From contig CAMZHV010000001.1 in NCBI GenBank assembly GCA_947307015.1, positions 12,846 to 76,845 of the forward strand: 64,000 bases of DNA. The letters are read 5' to 3'. This stretch comes from an uncultured Prevotellaceae bacterium (GTDB taxonomy: Bacteria; Bacteroidota; Bacteroidia; Bacteroidales; Bacteroidaceae). Made by a program: the position numbers and the translations under genes. Within the stretch, counting starts at the first letter, position 1. Each line of letters starts with the position of its first letter. Of this stretch, positions 28,812 to 36,857 are shown one piece after another. The notes under the pieces are model-generated. The model was given only the letters and a program-made list of their open reading frames with translations. It searched no databases and had not been told where the DNA came from.

Positions 28812-28844
28812 CCACCCCAACCTTCCCTGTGAGGGAGGGGGTGG
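28812..28844 (+). repeat. Type-A variant (arm of the apgM-like|thrC doublet)
   Basis: CCACCCCAACCTTCCCTGTGAGGGAGGGGGTGG. Lies 12 nt upstream of the thrC ATG. Confidence 0.7.
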
Positions 28845-28861
28845 AATGATTTGTATAATGG

Positions 28862-30172
28862 TTATTGATTATCTAATGTATCTACTCCCTCCCTCACAGG
28901 GAGGGTAAGGGGTGGGTCTGTCATAAACAACTTAATGAATTCATCGCCTTCGATGAGACCATAGGCGCCTTCGCGGGCAGCATCCTCGTCGAAGGTCTGC
29001 ACACTATCTGGCTCTATGCCGGGGTAGTAGATGGCAAAGGGGATGGGCTCGGCGGTGTGAGTGCGTAGCTCGCAGGGCGTGGGATGGTCGGGTAAAAGAG
29101 CAATGGCGAGGTCATCCGTCATTTCGAACGCATGAAGGATAGGCTGAATGAGCCGATGGTCGAGGTCTTCGATGGTCTGGAGCTTGAGGGGGACTGAACC
29201 ATCGTGACCAGCCTCGTCGCTGGCTTCGACGTGGAGATAGACGAAGTCATCACCGCTGCGAAGGGCCTCGATGGCAGCCTGTGCCTTACCCTCGAAGTTA
29301 GTGTCATAGAGACCTGTAGCACCAGGGACGTTGATGACGCGCAACCCGGCATAATGTCCGATGCCGCGGATGAGGTCTACGGCCGTGATCACGGAGCCAC
29401 GACGAATCTGCGGGAAGCGTTCGGTGAGCGGCACCATCTGCGGACGATAGCCGCCGCCCCATGGCCAGATGCTCGAAGCCATATCTTTACCCTCGCGCGC
29501 GCGTTCTTTATTTAATTCATGCAAAGGCAGAAGTTCTTGGGAACGGCGAATGAGGTCGCATAGCAGGTCGGCGGTCTCAGCGGGGGACAGGACCTCTCTT
29601 TGCTTCCCCTCAAAGGGGAGGGTGGAATCTTCAGCGCAGGTATCTGCCGAGGGGACCTTGTCGCGCCATGTCTGAAGGGGCACATCGTGTGGCGGTGTAC
29701 ATTTAAGGTGCTTGTTGCCGCCTTTGATGACCAACAGGTGACGGTACTGCACGCCCGTATAGAAATGTACGCGGTCGTTGGCTAAGTGTTCGTTGAGGTA
29801 TCGGATGAGGACGTCGCCTTCCTCCGTTTCGAGGCGTCCGCAGGAGTGGTTCTTGATGATGTCACCCTCGATGCAAACGAGGTTACAGCGTAGGGCAAGG
29901 TCACCTTCTTCCAGTTCCACGCCTATGCTGGCGGCTTCCAGCGGTCCACGACCCTCGTAAACGACGTGTTGGTCGTAGCCCATGATGCTGCTGTTGGCCA
30001 CTTCACTACCCGGATGAAAACCATCGGGAATGGTCTTCAACAATCCGCAACGACCATTACGCGCCAACCAGTCCATGGCGGGCGTGTCGGCGTATTGAAG
30101 GAGTGTCTTGTCACCGAGTGAAGGCACGTGCCAGTCGGCCATGCCGTCGCCAAGGATGATTAGATGTTTCAT
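28862..30172 (-). CDS. Cofactor-independent phosphoglycerate mutase-like (apgM family) protein; probable non-canonical homoserine kinase of the thr operon
   Basis: 436 aa. MKHLIILGDGMAD... metalloenzyme-superfamily N-terminus. Sits between thrA and thrC. The C-terminus runs into a repeat arm. Confidence 0.8.
   Translation of the reverse strand: MKHLIILGDGMADWHVPSLGDKTLLQYADTPAMDWLARNGRCGLLKTIPDGFHPGSEVANSSIMGYDQHVVYEGRGPLEAASIGVELEEGDLALRCNLVCIEGDIIKNHSCGRLETEEGDVLIRYLNEHLANDRVHFYTGVQYRHLLVIKGGNKHLKCTPPHDVPLQTWRDKVPSADTCAEDSTLPFEGKQREVLSPAETADLLCDLIRRSQELLPLHELNKERAREGKDMASSIWPWGGGYRPQMVPLTERFPQIRRGSVITAVDLIRGIGHYAGLRVINVPGATGLYDTNFEGKAQAAIEALRSGDDFVYLHVEASDEAGHDGSVPLKLQTIEDLDHRLIQPILHAFEMTDDLAIALLPDHPTPCELRTHTAEPIPFAIYYPGIEPDSVQTFDEDAAREGAYGLIEGDEFIKLFMTDPPLTLPVREGVDTLDNQ
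28885..28918 (-). repeat. Type-A module (arm of the apgM-like|thrC doublet), forms the C-terminus of the apgM-like protein
   Basis: Reverse complement GACCCACCCCTTACCCTCCCTGTGAGGGAGGGAG. Translated as DPPLTLPVREGV. Confidence 0.85.
29592..29624 (+). repeat. Hairpin module variant in frame in the apgM-like gene
   Basis: CCTCTCTTTGCTTCCCCTCAAAGGGGAGGGTGG. Translated as STLPFEGKQRE. Confidence 0.5.
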
Positions 30173-32598
30173 ATATTAGCAATAGACATGATGTCCGCAA
30201 ACACACCGGCGGCAGTGACGCTGGCACCGGCTCCGTAACCCTGGATGAGCATGGGATATTCGCGGTAGCGCTCAGTGGTGAGCATGACGATATTATTGCT
30301 GCCTTCGAGGCTGTAGAAAGGATGACCTTGAGGTATCTCGGCCAGCGACACGGAGGCCTTGCCGTCTTCGAACTTAGCCACGAAACGCCAGCGCTTGCCT
30401 TCGGACTCGATCTGACTGCGGCGTGCCTCAAAGTCGGCGTCGAGCGATGGCAGGTCGTGCCAGAACTGCTCCACATCGCCGGCGAAGAATGCTTCGGGGA
30501 TGAACAGATGAGCGTCCACATCGACCTGCTCCACACGGTAGCCGGCCTCGCGAGCCAGGATCACCAGCTTGCGGATCACGTCCGTACCGCTGAGGTCGAT
30601 GCGCGGGTCGGGTTCGCTGTAGCCCTCGGCCTTGGCCATTTTCACGGTCTGGCTGAAGGGCACGTCGGCGCTGATTTTGTTGAAGATAAAGTTCAGCGTG
30701 CCGCTGAGGACGGCCTCGATGCGCAGGATCTTGTCGCCGCTGTGGATGAGGTCGTTGATGGTGCGGATGATGGGCAGACCGGCTCCCACATTCGTCTCGA
30801 AGAGGAACTTGACACCGCGCTTCTGGGCGATGGTCTTCAGCTCGTGGTAGTTCTCATAGTCGCTGCTGGCTGCCAGTTTGTTCGCGGCGACAACGTTGAT
30901 GTTATGCTCCAGGAAGTCCTTGTACAGGCTGGCCACCTCGGGCGAAGCTGTGCAGTCGACGAAGACGGAATTGAAGATGTTCATCCCCACGACCTCGTCG
31001 CGCAGGCGCTGCACGTCGCTTTCCGGCGCGCTGTCCAACTGTTCGCGCCAATTACCAAGGCTGAGACCCTCGCGGGAGAAGATGGCTTTCTTGCTGCTGG
31101 CAAGACCCACGACGTTGAGCTTCAGGCCGTGCTCCTGCTTCAGTTTCTCCTGCTGCTGTGCAATCTGTTCGATGAGCGAGCGCCCTACGGTGCCTACGCC
31201 GCACAGGAAGAGGTTCAGCACCTGATATTCGGAGAGGAAGAACGCATCGTGGATGACATTCAGCGTCTTGCGGAGATACTGCGAGTTGACGACAAACGAG
31301 ATGTTGGTCTCCGAAGCACCTTGGGCACAGGCAATGACGCTGATACCCGAACGTCCAAGCGTCCCGAAGAGTTTACCTGCAATACCGGGCGTGTGTTTCA
31401 TGTTCTCGCCCACGACAGCCACTGTTGCCAGCCCGCCCTCGGCTTGCATACGGAACATGGCTCCCGTCTCGATCTCCTTGGCAAACTCCTCGTTGAGCAC
31501 GCGGCACGCCTCGCGGGCATCCTCGTCGCGAACACCGATACTGGTGCTGTTCTCCGAAGAGGCCTGCGATACCATGAACACCGAGATACCGTTTTCGGCC
31601 AGCACGGAGAAGATGCGGCGGTTGACACCGATGACACCGACCATCGAAAGACCCGACACGGTGATGAGCGTCGAACCCTTGATGCTGGAGATGCCTTTGA
31701 TGAGGCGGTTGTCAACGGCCACGTCCTTGGTGATGATGGTGCCGGGAGCCTCGGGGTTGAAGGTATTCTTGATGCGGATGGGGATATTCTTGACGCAGAC
31801 AGGATAGATGGTCGGGGGGTAGACTACCTTGGCACCGAAGTTGCACAGCTCCATGGCCTCGATATACGAGAGTTCGGGGATGACGTAAGCCGATGAGATG
31901 ACGCGCGGGTCGGCAGTCATGAAGCCGTCGACATCCGTCCAGATCTCCAGCACGCTGGCATCGAGGGCGGCGGCGATGATGCTGGCGGTGTAGTCCGAAC
32001 CGCCGCGACCGAGGTTCGTCACCTCGCCGCTCTCAGCGTCGGTGGAGATGAAACCCGGCACGAGGGAAACTTGAGGCAGCGTCTGCCACGTCTTGCGAAC
32101 AAGCTCGTTGGTGAGCTCGCTGGCCAGTAGGGAGCGTCCGCCCTTGACCTCCGTCTTGATGAACTCGCGGCTGTCATACCAGCGTGCACCGTTGATGAGC
32201 GTCGCCACGATATAGCTGCTGAGGCGCTCGCCGTAGCTGACGATGGCAGCCTGGGTCTTCGGCGAGAGGTCGCGGATAAGGTACACGCCCTGGAAGATGG
32301 AGCGCAGCTCCTCGAGGAGACCGTCGATGAGGCCGATGAGCTCGTCGCGCTTGGAACCCGCTGGGATGACGGTGTTGATCATCGCGTGATGGCGCTGCGC
32401 AATTTCTGCGAATGCCGTCAGGTAGGTCACGTCGCCGGCAAGGGCCAGCTGCGAGGTCTGGAGGAGCTTGTCGGTGATGCCGCCGAGTGCCGAGACAACC
32501 ACGATGACGGGTTCCGTCTCTGCCTCAACGATACGTTTGACACTGAGTATGCTATCTGCGGAGCCCACGCTGGTTCCGCCAAACTTAAGAACTTTCAT
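30169..32598 (-). CDS. thrA: Bifunctional aspartokinase / homoserine dehydrogenase
   Basis: 809 aa. MKVLKFGGTSVG aspartokinase N-terminus, ACT region, homoserine dehydrogenase C-terminal half. Confidence 0.95.
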   Translation of the reverse strand: MKVLKFGGTSVGSADSILSVKRIVEAETEPVIVVVSALGGITDKLLQTSQLALAGDVTYLTAFAEIAQRHHAMINTVIPAGSKRDELIGLIDGLLEELRSIFQGVYLIRDLSPKTQAAIVSYGERLSSYIVATLINGARWYDSREFIKTEVKGGRSLLASELTNELVRKTWQTLPQVSLVPGFISTDAESGEVTNLGRGGSDYTASIIAAALDASVLEIWTDVDGFMTADPRVISSAYVIPELSYIEAMELCNFGAKVVYPPTIYPVCVKNIPIRIKNTFNPEAPGTIITKDVAVDNRLIKGISSIKGSTLITVSGLSMVGVIGVNRRIFSVLAENGISVFMVSQASSENSTSIGVRDEDAREACRVLNEEFAKEIETGAMFRMQAEGGLATVAVVGENMKHTPGIAGKLFGTLGRSGISVIACAQGASETNISFVVNSQYLRKTLNVIHDAFFLSEYQVLNLFLCGVGTVGRSLIEQIAQQQEKLKQEHGLKLNVVGLASSKKAIFSREGLSLGNWREQLDSAPESDVQRLRDEVVGMNIFNSVFVDCTASPEVASLYKDFLEHNINVVAANKLAASSDYENYHELKTIAQKRGVKFLFETNVGAGLPIIRTINDLIHSGDKILRIEAVLSGTLNFIFNKISADVPFSQTVKMAKAEGYSEPDPRIDLSGTDVIRKLVILAREAGYRVEQVDVDAHLFIPEAFFAGDVEQFWHDLPSLDADFEARRSQIESEGKRWRFVAKFEDGKASVSLAEIPQGHPFYSLEGSNNIVMLTTERYREYPMLIQGYGAGASVTAAGVFADIMSIANI

Positions 32599-32621
32599 GA
32601 ATACTTTTTCTATTTGGGATG

Positions 32622-32629
32622 CAAAAGTA
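32622..32629 (-). promoter_or_regulatory. Putative -7 box TACTTTTG for the thrA operon
   Basis: 23 nt upstream of ATG 32598, downstream of the recQ terminator hairpin. Confidence 0.5.
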
Positions 32630-32631
32630 GT

Positions 32632-32651
32632 GAAAAACGCCCGAAGGGCGT
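32632..32651 (-). terminator. Rho-independent terminator after recQ
   Basis: Minus strand reads ACGCCC-TTC-GGGCGT followed by TTTTT. Confidence 0.6.
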
Positions 32652-32700
32652 GCCCTGCGTCAAAGAATTACGCCTTTTGCCCTCAAAAAAGCAATTTATA

Positions 32701-34656
32701 TCAAGAGGCAGCGGCCTCCTGCGGCGTCGAAAGCGCGATTTCCTCTTCCTCCATCATCTGATGGAGCACGCGGCCCACGACGCTGTCGGGGATGTCTGGG
32801 AAATGGAAGTCGAGGAATGATGTCGGCTTCTGCTCGGCAACGAAGGCGAGGATGCGCTGGCGCACGAAAGCGTCGTCAATGCGCGGCAGCGGGCTCCGCT
32901 CGGTGCAGTTGTCGCAATGTCCGCAGTCTTGAGCATCCTTCTCGCCGAAGTAACGCAGGAGGTAGCGGCTGTGGCATTCCGAGGTCTCGAGGTAGCCGAT
33001 CATCGTCTGAATGCGTTGTTCGAGTTCGCGCTTGCGGTCGCGATAAACGGATGGCGGCAGCACGATGTCGTCACTCTCGACGCGCCGCTGTCTGAAGGTG
33101 ATATAGGGGATGAACTTACGCGGCACGAACTGCAGGATATGCCGGCGGCTGAGCTCCACGAGCTGCTCGCTGACCTCTGCCTCACCTACGCTTAGGGCGT
33201 GGGCTATCTCGCCTTCGTCGATGTAGGCATACTCGCTGAAGATGCCTGTACACGTCCGCAGCAGGTGCTGCAACACGCGCTCCATCAGGGGCGGAAGATG
33301 ATAGGTGTAGAGCTCTTCGCGGTGGCAGCTCATCATCACGCGGCTGTGGTTTTCCTCCGCATCGGCCCATTCGATATAGCCGGCTCGCGACAGCAGCTGC
33401 AAGGCGTTGTAAGCCCGCACGGGAAAATGGTGGAACGTGCGACAGAACTCCTCCAGATTGAACTCTCGCGTGATGCCAAAGCCGTCGCCCATGGCTAACT
33501 GCAGGAAATAGCAGGCATCCTCGTAGACCTTCCTGACGTAATCCTCTGGCGGGTAGGTGTCTTCGATGCGGCGGCGTAGCACAGCGATGGAGCGGCTGTC
33601 GTAGAGAAGCACGGCATGAGCCTGCTGGCCATCGCGGCCGGCACGCCCTGCCTCTTGGAAATACGCTTCGGGGGAGTCGGGGACGTCGGTGTGGACGATG
33701 AGCCGCACGTCGGCCTTGTCAATACCCATGCCAAAGGCGTTTGTGGCCACCATCACGCGGATCTCGCCGTGCTGCCACGCCGCCGCCCGCTCGTTCTTCT
33801 CGCGATTCGTCAGGGCGGCATGGTAGTGAGTTGCCGTGATGCCCTGCGACACGAGCCACGAGGCCAGTTCGCGCGTAGCCTGACGGCTGCGGGTATAGAC
33901 GATGGCAGAACCGGGCACGCGGATAAGCAATTCCTGCAGCTCCTGTTCACGCGACTGTCGGATGCGGCGGACGGAATAGATCAGGTTCTTGCGTTCGAAG
34001 CTCATCCGCTTGACATTAGGCTCACGGAAGCCTAATTGCCGTTGGATATCTTCGACGACGGGCGGTGTGGCGGTGGCCGTCAGGGCAAGCACTGGCGCGT
34101 CGGGCAGCAGCTTGCGGATTTGGGAAATCTCGGTGTAAGACGGGCGGAAGTCGTAACCCCATTGCGAGATGCAGTGGGCCTCGTCCACCGTGATGAAGCT
34201 TACCTGCATGTGTCTGAGCTTGGCCTGAAAAAGCTCCGAGGACAGGCGCTCGGGCGAGACATAGAGGAATTTGTAATTGCCAAAAATGCAGTTCTCCAAC
34301 GCCGTAATCACCTCGTCGCGCGTCATGCCCGTATAGACGGCAGTGGCCTTGATGCCTTTCTCGCGGAGGTGCATCACCTGATCCTTCATCAAGGAGATCA
34401 GCGGGCTGATGACCAGGCACAACCCCTCCTGCGCCAATGCCGGCACCTGAAAGGTGATGCTCTTGCCGCCGCCCGTAGGCATAAGCCCTAAGGTATCCCT
34501 TCCCGCCCCAATACTCTCAATGATGTCCTGCTGAATACCACGGAAGGAAGAGAAACCGAAATAATGGTGTAAGATAGAACAATAAACAGACTCTCCCCCC
34601 GCCCTCCCTATCAGGGAGGGAGCAGTCACATGCGCCAGTTGCTCCTTTCCGTTCAT
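32701..34656 (-). CDS. recQ: RecQ-family ATP-dependent DNA helicase
   Basis: 651 aa. FRGIQQDII (Q motif), MPTGGGKS, DEAHCISQWGYDFRP, ATNAFGMGIDK and QEAGRAGRDG motifs. The N-terminal 23 aa are encoded by spacer + repeat arm. Confidence 0.92.
   Translation of the reverse strand: MNGKEQLAHVTAPSLIGRAGGESVYCSILHHYFGFSSFRGIQQDIIESIGAGRDTLGLMPTGGGKSITFQVPALAQEGLCLVISPLISLMKDQVMHLREKGIKATAVYTGMTRDEVITALENCIFGNYKFLYVSPERLSSELFQAKLRHMQVSFITVDEAHCISQWGYDFRPSYTEISQIRKLLPDAPVLALTATATPPVVEDIQRQLGFREPNVKRMSFERKNLIYSVRRIRQSREQELQELLIRVPGSAIVYTRSRQATRELASWLVSQGITATHYHAALTNREKNERAAAWQHGEIRVMVATNAFGMGIDKADVRLIVHTDVPDSPEAYFQEAGRAGRDGQQAHAVLLYDSRSIAVLRRRIEDTYPPEDYVRKVYEDACYFLQLAMGDGFGITREFNLEEFCRTFHHFPVRAYNALQLLSRAGYIEWADAEENHSRVMMSCHREELYTYHLPPLMERVLQHLLRTCTGIFSEYAYIDEGEIAHALSVGEAEVSEQLVELSRRHILQFVPRKFIPYITFRQRRVESDDIVLPPSVYRDRKRELEQRIQTMIGYLETSECHSRYLLRYFGEKDAQDCGHCDNCTERSPLPRIDDAFVRQRILAFVAEQKPTSFLDFHFPDIPDSVVGRVLHQMMEEEEIALSTPQEAAAS
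34589..34629 (+). repeat. Type-A module (arm of the recJ|recQ doublet), translated in recQ
   Basis: GACTCTCCCCCCGCCCTCCCTATCAGGGAGGGAGCAGTCAC. 39/41 complementary to 34689-34729. Confidence 0.9.
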
Positions 34657-34688
34657 TAACTATCAAAAAATGAAAACAAATCTTGAAG

Positions 34689-34729
34689 GTGACTGCTCCC
34701 TCCCTTTTAGGGAGGGCGGGGGGAGAGTC
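34689..34729 (-). repeat. Type-A module (arm of the recJ|recQ doublet)
   Basis: GTGACTGCTCCCTCCCTTTTAGGGAGGGCGGGGGGAGAGTC. Ends 6 nt from the recJ stop. Confidence 0.9.
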
Positions 34730-34735
34730 TTCTCC

Positions 34736-36457
34736 TTATTCCTCGCTCGGCCTGATATCCTCAATCTGCAACTGCACCTCGCCCCGCTTATGCGTGTTCT
34801 CCTCCACCGTGTAGCAGATGTCGAACGCCCGGCGACTCTTGATGAAGCGAGCCTGCGAGCTCTGGCCGAAAGCGATGCCGCTGACGACGTTGTGGCTCTT
34901 GTTGTCCACCAGCTCCAGCTTGATGTGTTCCTGGTGATGACCTACCACCTTGCTGGTGCCGTAGTCGTACACATGCTCCGTGCAGAACAGCGGCTTCTGA
35001 TTGTCCGGGCCGAAAGGTTGGAACTTGCGCAGGTCGTTGAAGAAGCGATGGCTGATGTCCTTGAAGTCCAACATTCCGTCGATATTCAGGTCGGGCTGGA
35101 TCTGCGATTCGAGGATGTTCTCATTGACATATTCCTCGAAGCGGCGCTTGAATTCGGGCACGTTCTCCACCTTCATCGATAGACCGGCAGCGTAGGTGTG
35201 ACCGCCGAAGTTCTCTAAGAGGTCGCGGCAGCTGTCGATGGCGCGGTAGACATCGAAGCCTCCGACGGAGCGTGCCGAGCCCGTGGCCATATCGTCGGTA
35301 CGGGTGAGTACGACAGCCGGACGGCAGTACACCTCTGTCAGTCGCGAGGCCACGATGCCGATGACGCCTTTGTGCCACTCCTCGTTGTAGATGACGATGG
35401 CGCGCTGCTCGTGGTTGTGGTCGAGCTTCTCCACGATGTCGTTGGCTTCCTGCGTCATCTCCTTGTCGAGGTCTTTGCGCTGGTCGTTATAGGCGTTAAT
35501 CTGCAGGGCCATGCGATGTGCACGGTACGGGTCACGCTCCACAAGCAGGGCCACGGCTTCGCTGCCCTTCTGCATACGTCCCGAGGCGTTGATGCGCGGG
35601 CCGATCTTAAAAATGATGTCGCTCATCGTGATCTCGCGATCCAGCAGGCCGCAGATCTCGATGATAGCCTTCAGCCCCACGCTCGCCTTCGAGTTGATCT
35701 GCTTCAGGCCGTGATAGGCCAGCACGCGGTTCTCGCCTAAGATAGGTACGATGTCCGAGGCGATGCTCACGGCGCACAAGTCCAGCAGCGGCACCAACTG
35801 CGAGAAGGGGATACCGTTGTCGATGGCAAAAGCCTGCATCAGCTTGAAGCCCACACCGCAGCCCGACAGGTGTTCGTAGGGGTAAGTGGCATCTACGCGC
35901 TTGGCGTTGAGGATAGCCACGGCGGGCGGCAGCTCATCATCCGGCACGTGGTGGTCGCAGATGATGAAGTCGATGCCTAACTCCTTGGCGTAGGCAATCT
36001 CCTCGTTGGCCTTAATGCCACAGTCCAGGACGATGATAAGTCCCACGCCCGTCTCATGAGCGAAGTCCACGCCCTGTTTGCTCACGCCATACCCCTCCTC
36101 GTAGCGGTCGGGGATGTAAAAATCGATGTTGGTTGTGAACTGTTGCAGGAAACGGTAGACCAAAGCTACCGCCGTGCAACCATCCACGTCGTAGTCTCCA
36201 TACACTAAGATACGTTCCTTGCGTCCGAGAGCCAGGTTCAGCCGATCGACAGCAACCCGCATATCACGGAAAAGAAAAGGATCAAGCAGTTCGTTGAGCT
36301 GCGGCCGGAAGAAACGTCGCGCCTCCAACGAATTGGTGATGCCGCGATCCAGTAGTAGCAGGCCGAGAGCGGGGTGAATACCCACGTCGGCGGCCAAGGC
36401 CTCAGCTGCTTCCTGTCGTTCGGGTGTAGGAGGTTCGTAATTCCATTTGTAGTTCAT
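34736..36457 (-). CDS. recJ: Single-stranded-DNA-specific exonuclease RecJ
   Basis: 573 aa. DHH motifs (VYGDYDVDG, DCG, ICDHH) and DHHA1 (GGHTYAAG). Confidence 0.93.
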   Translation of the reverse strand: MNYKWNYEPPTPERQEAAEALAADVGIHPALGLLLLDRGITNSLEARRFFRPQLNELLDPFLFRDMRVAVDRLNLALGRKERILVYGDYDVDGCTAVALVYRFLQQFTTNIDFYIPDRYEEGYGVSKQGVDFAHETGVGLIIVLDCGIKANEEIAYAKELGIDFIICDHHVPDDELPPAVAILNAKRVDATYPYEHLSGCGVGFKLMQAFAIDNGIPFSQLVPLLDLCAVSIASDIVPILGENRVLAYHGLKQINSKASVGLKAIIEICGLLDREITMSDIIFKIGPRINASGRMQKGSEAVALLVERDPYRAHRMALQINAYNDQRKDLDKEMTQEANDIVEKLDHNHEQRAIVIYNEEWHKGVIGIVASRLTEVYCRPAVVLTRTDDMATGSARSVGGFDVYRAIDSCRDLLENFGGHTYAAGLSMKVENVPEFKRRFEEYVNENILESQIQPDLNIDGMLDFKDISHRFFNDLRKFQPFGPDNQKPLFCTEHVYDYGTSKVVGHHQEHIKLELVDNKSHNVVSGIAFGQSSQARFIKSRRAFDICYTVEENTHKRGEVQLQIEDIRPSEE

Positions 36458-36507
36458 TTATGTTGTTTTTTATCCTATTTCTTTTCACGCTGCCCTATAA
36501 TGAGCGC

Positions 36508-36515
36508 CCAAAAGT
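36508..36515 (-). promoter_or_regulatory. Putative -7 box TACTTTTG for recJ
   Basis: 50 nt upstream of ATG 36457. Confidence 0.45.
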
Positions 36516-36702
36516 ACACAAAATATCGCAAAACTGTGCAAAAACTAATGCTAATAAACGCTAAACACCCTCATTTTACCTATTTTCAATGAAAATAGTG
36601 TCCCTTCAGACACGTTGCAGCTAAATTAATCCACGATTCACACTTTGATTACCTACTCTTTTCAGGTTCCAGGAAACTCTTGAACTCTTAGTAAAATTGT
36701 TT

Positions 36703-36764
36703 GCAGCATCGTGAATCTGCAATTGACGATTCACGATGCTGCAATTGACGGTTCGCGATGCTGC
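36703..36764. repeat. 15-bp perfect inverted repeat (GCAGCATCGTGAATC / GATTCACGATGCTGC) overlapping a 22-nt tandem duplication
   Basis: aattgacgattcacgatgctgc (36721-36742) is followed by aattgacggttcgcgatgctgc (36743-36764). Confidence 0.75.
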
Positions 36765-36791
36765 AACAAAAAGTTATAGGCGTTGAGGCGT

Positions 36792-36845
36792 ACAAAGCTG
36801 GACGTTCGCCCAAAGCTGGACGCTTGTCCAAAGTTGGAGGTTTGC
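36792..36845. repeat. Three tandem 18-nt repeats (CCAAAGCTGGACGnTTGn)
   Basis: acaaagctggacgttcgc / ccaaagctggacgcttgt / ccaaagttggaggtttgc, directly downstream of the alkaline phosphatase stop. Confidence 0.75.
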
Positions 36846-36857
36846 CTATTTGCTTGC

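Noticed and set aside
30322-31896. 524-aa ORF on the plus strand, plus similar long ORFs at 22539-23354, 36783-37709, 39774-40841, 40935-42008, 60713-61585 and 10597-11295
   Set aside because: Each lies antisense to a well-supported gene (thrA, pdxJ, alkaline phosphatase, T9SS protein, ribF, antiporter). Their translations are low-complexity and Arg/Gly/Asp/His-rich with no motifs. These are typical shadow ORFs of GC-rich coding sequence.
32632-32651. The hairpin upstream of thrA as a threonine leader/attenuator
   Set aside because: The -7 box for thrA (32622-32629) lies downstream of the hairpin, and there is no leader peptide ORF rich in Thr/Ile. It is more simply the recQ terminator.
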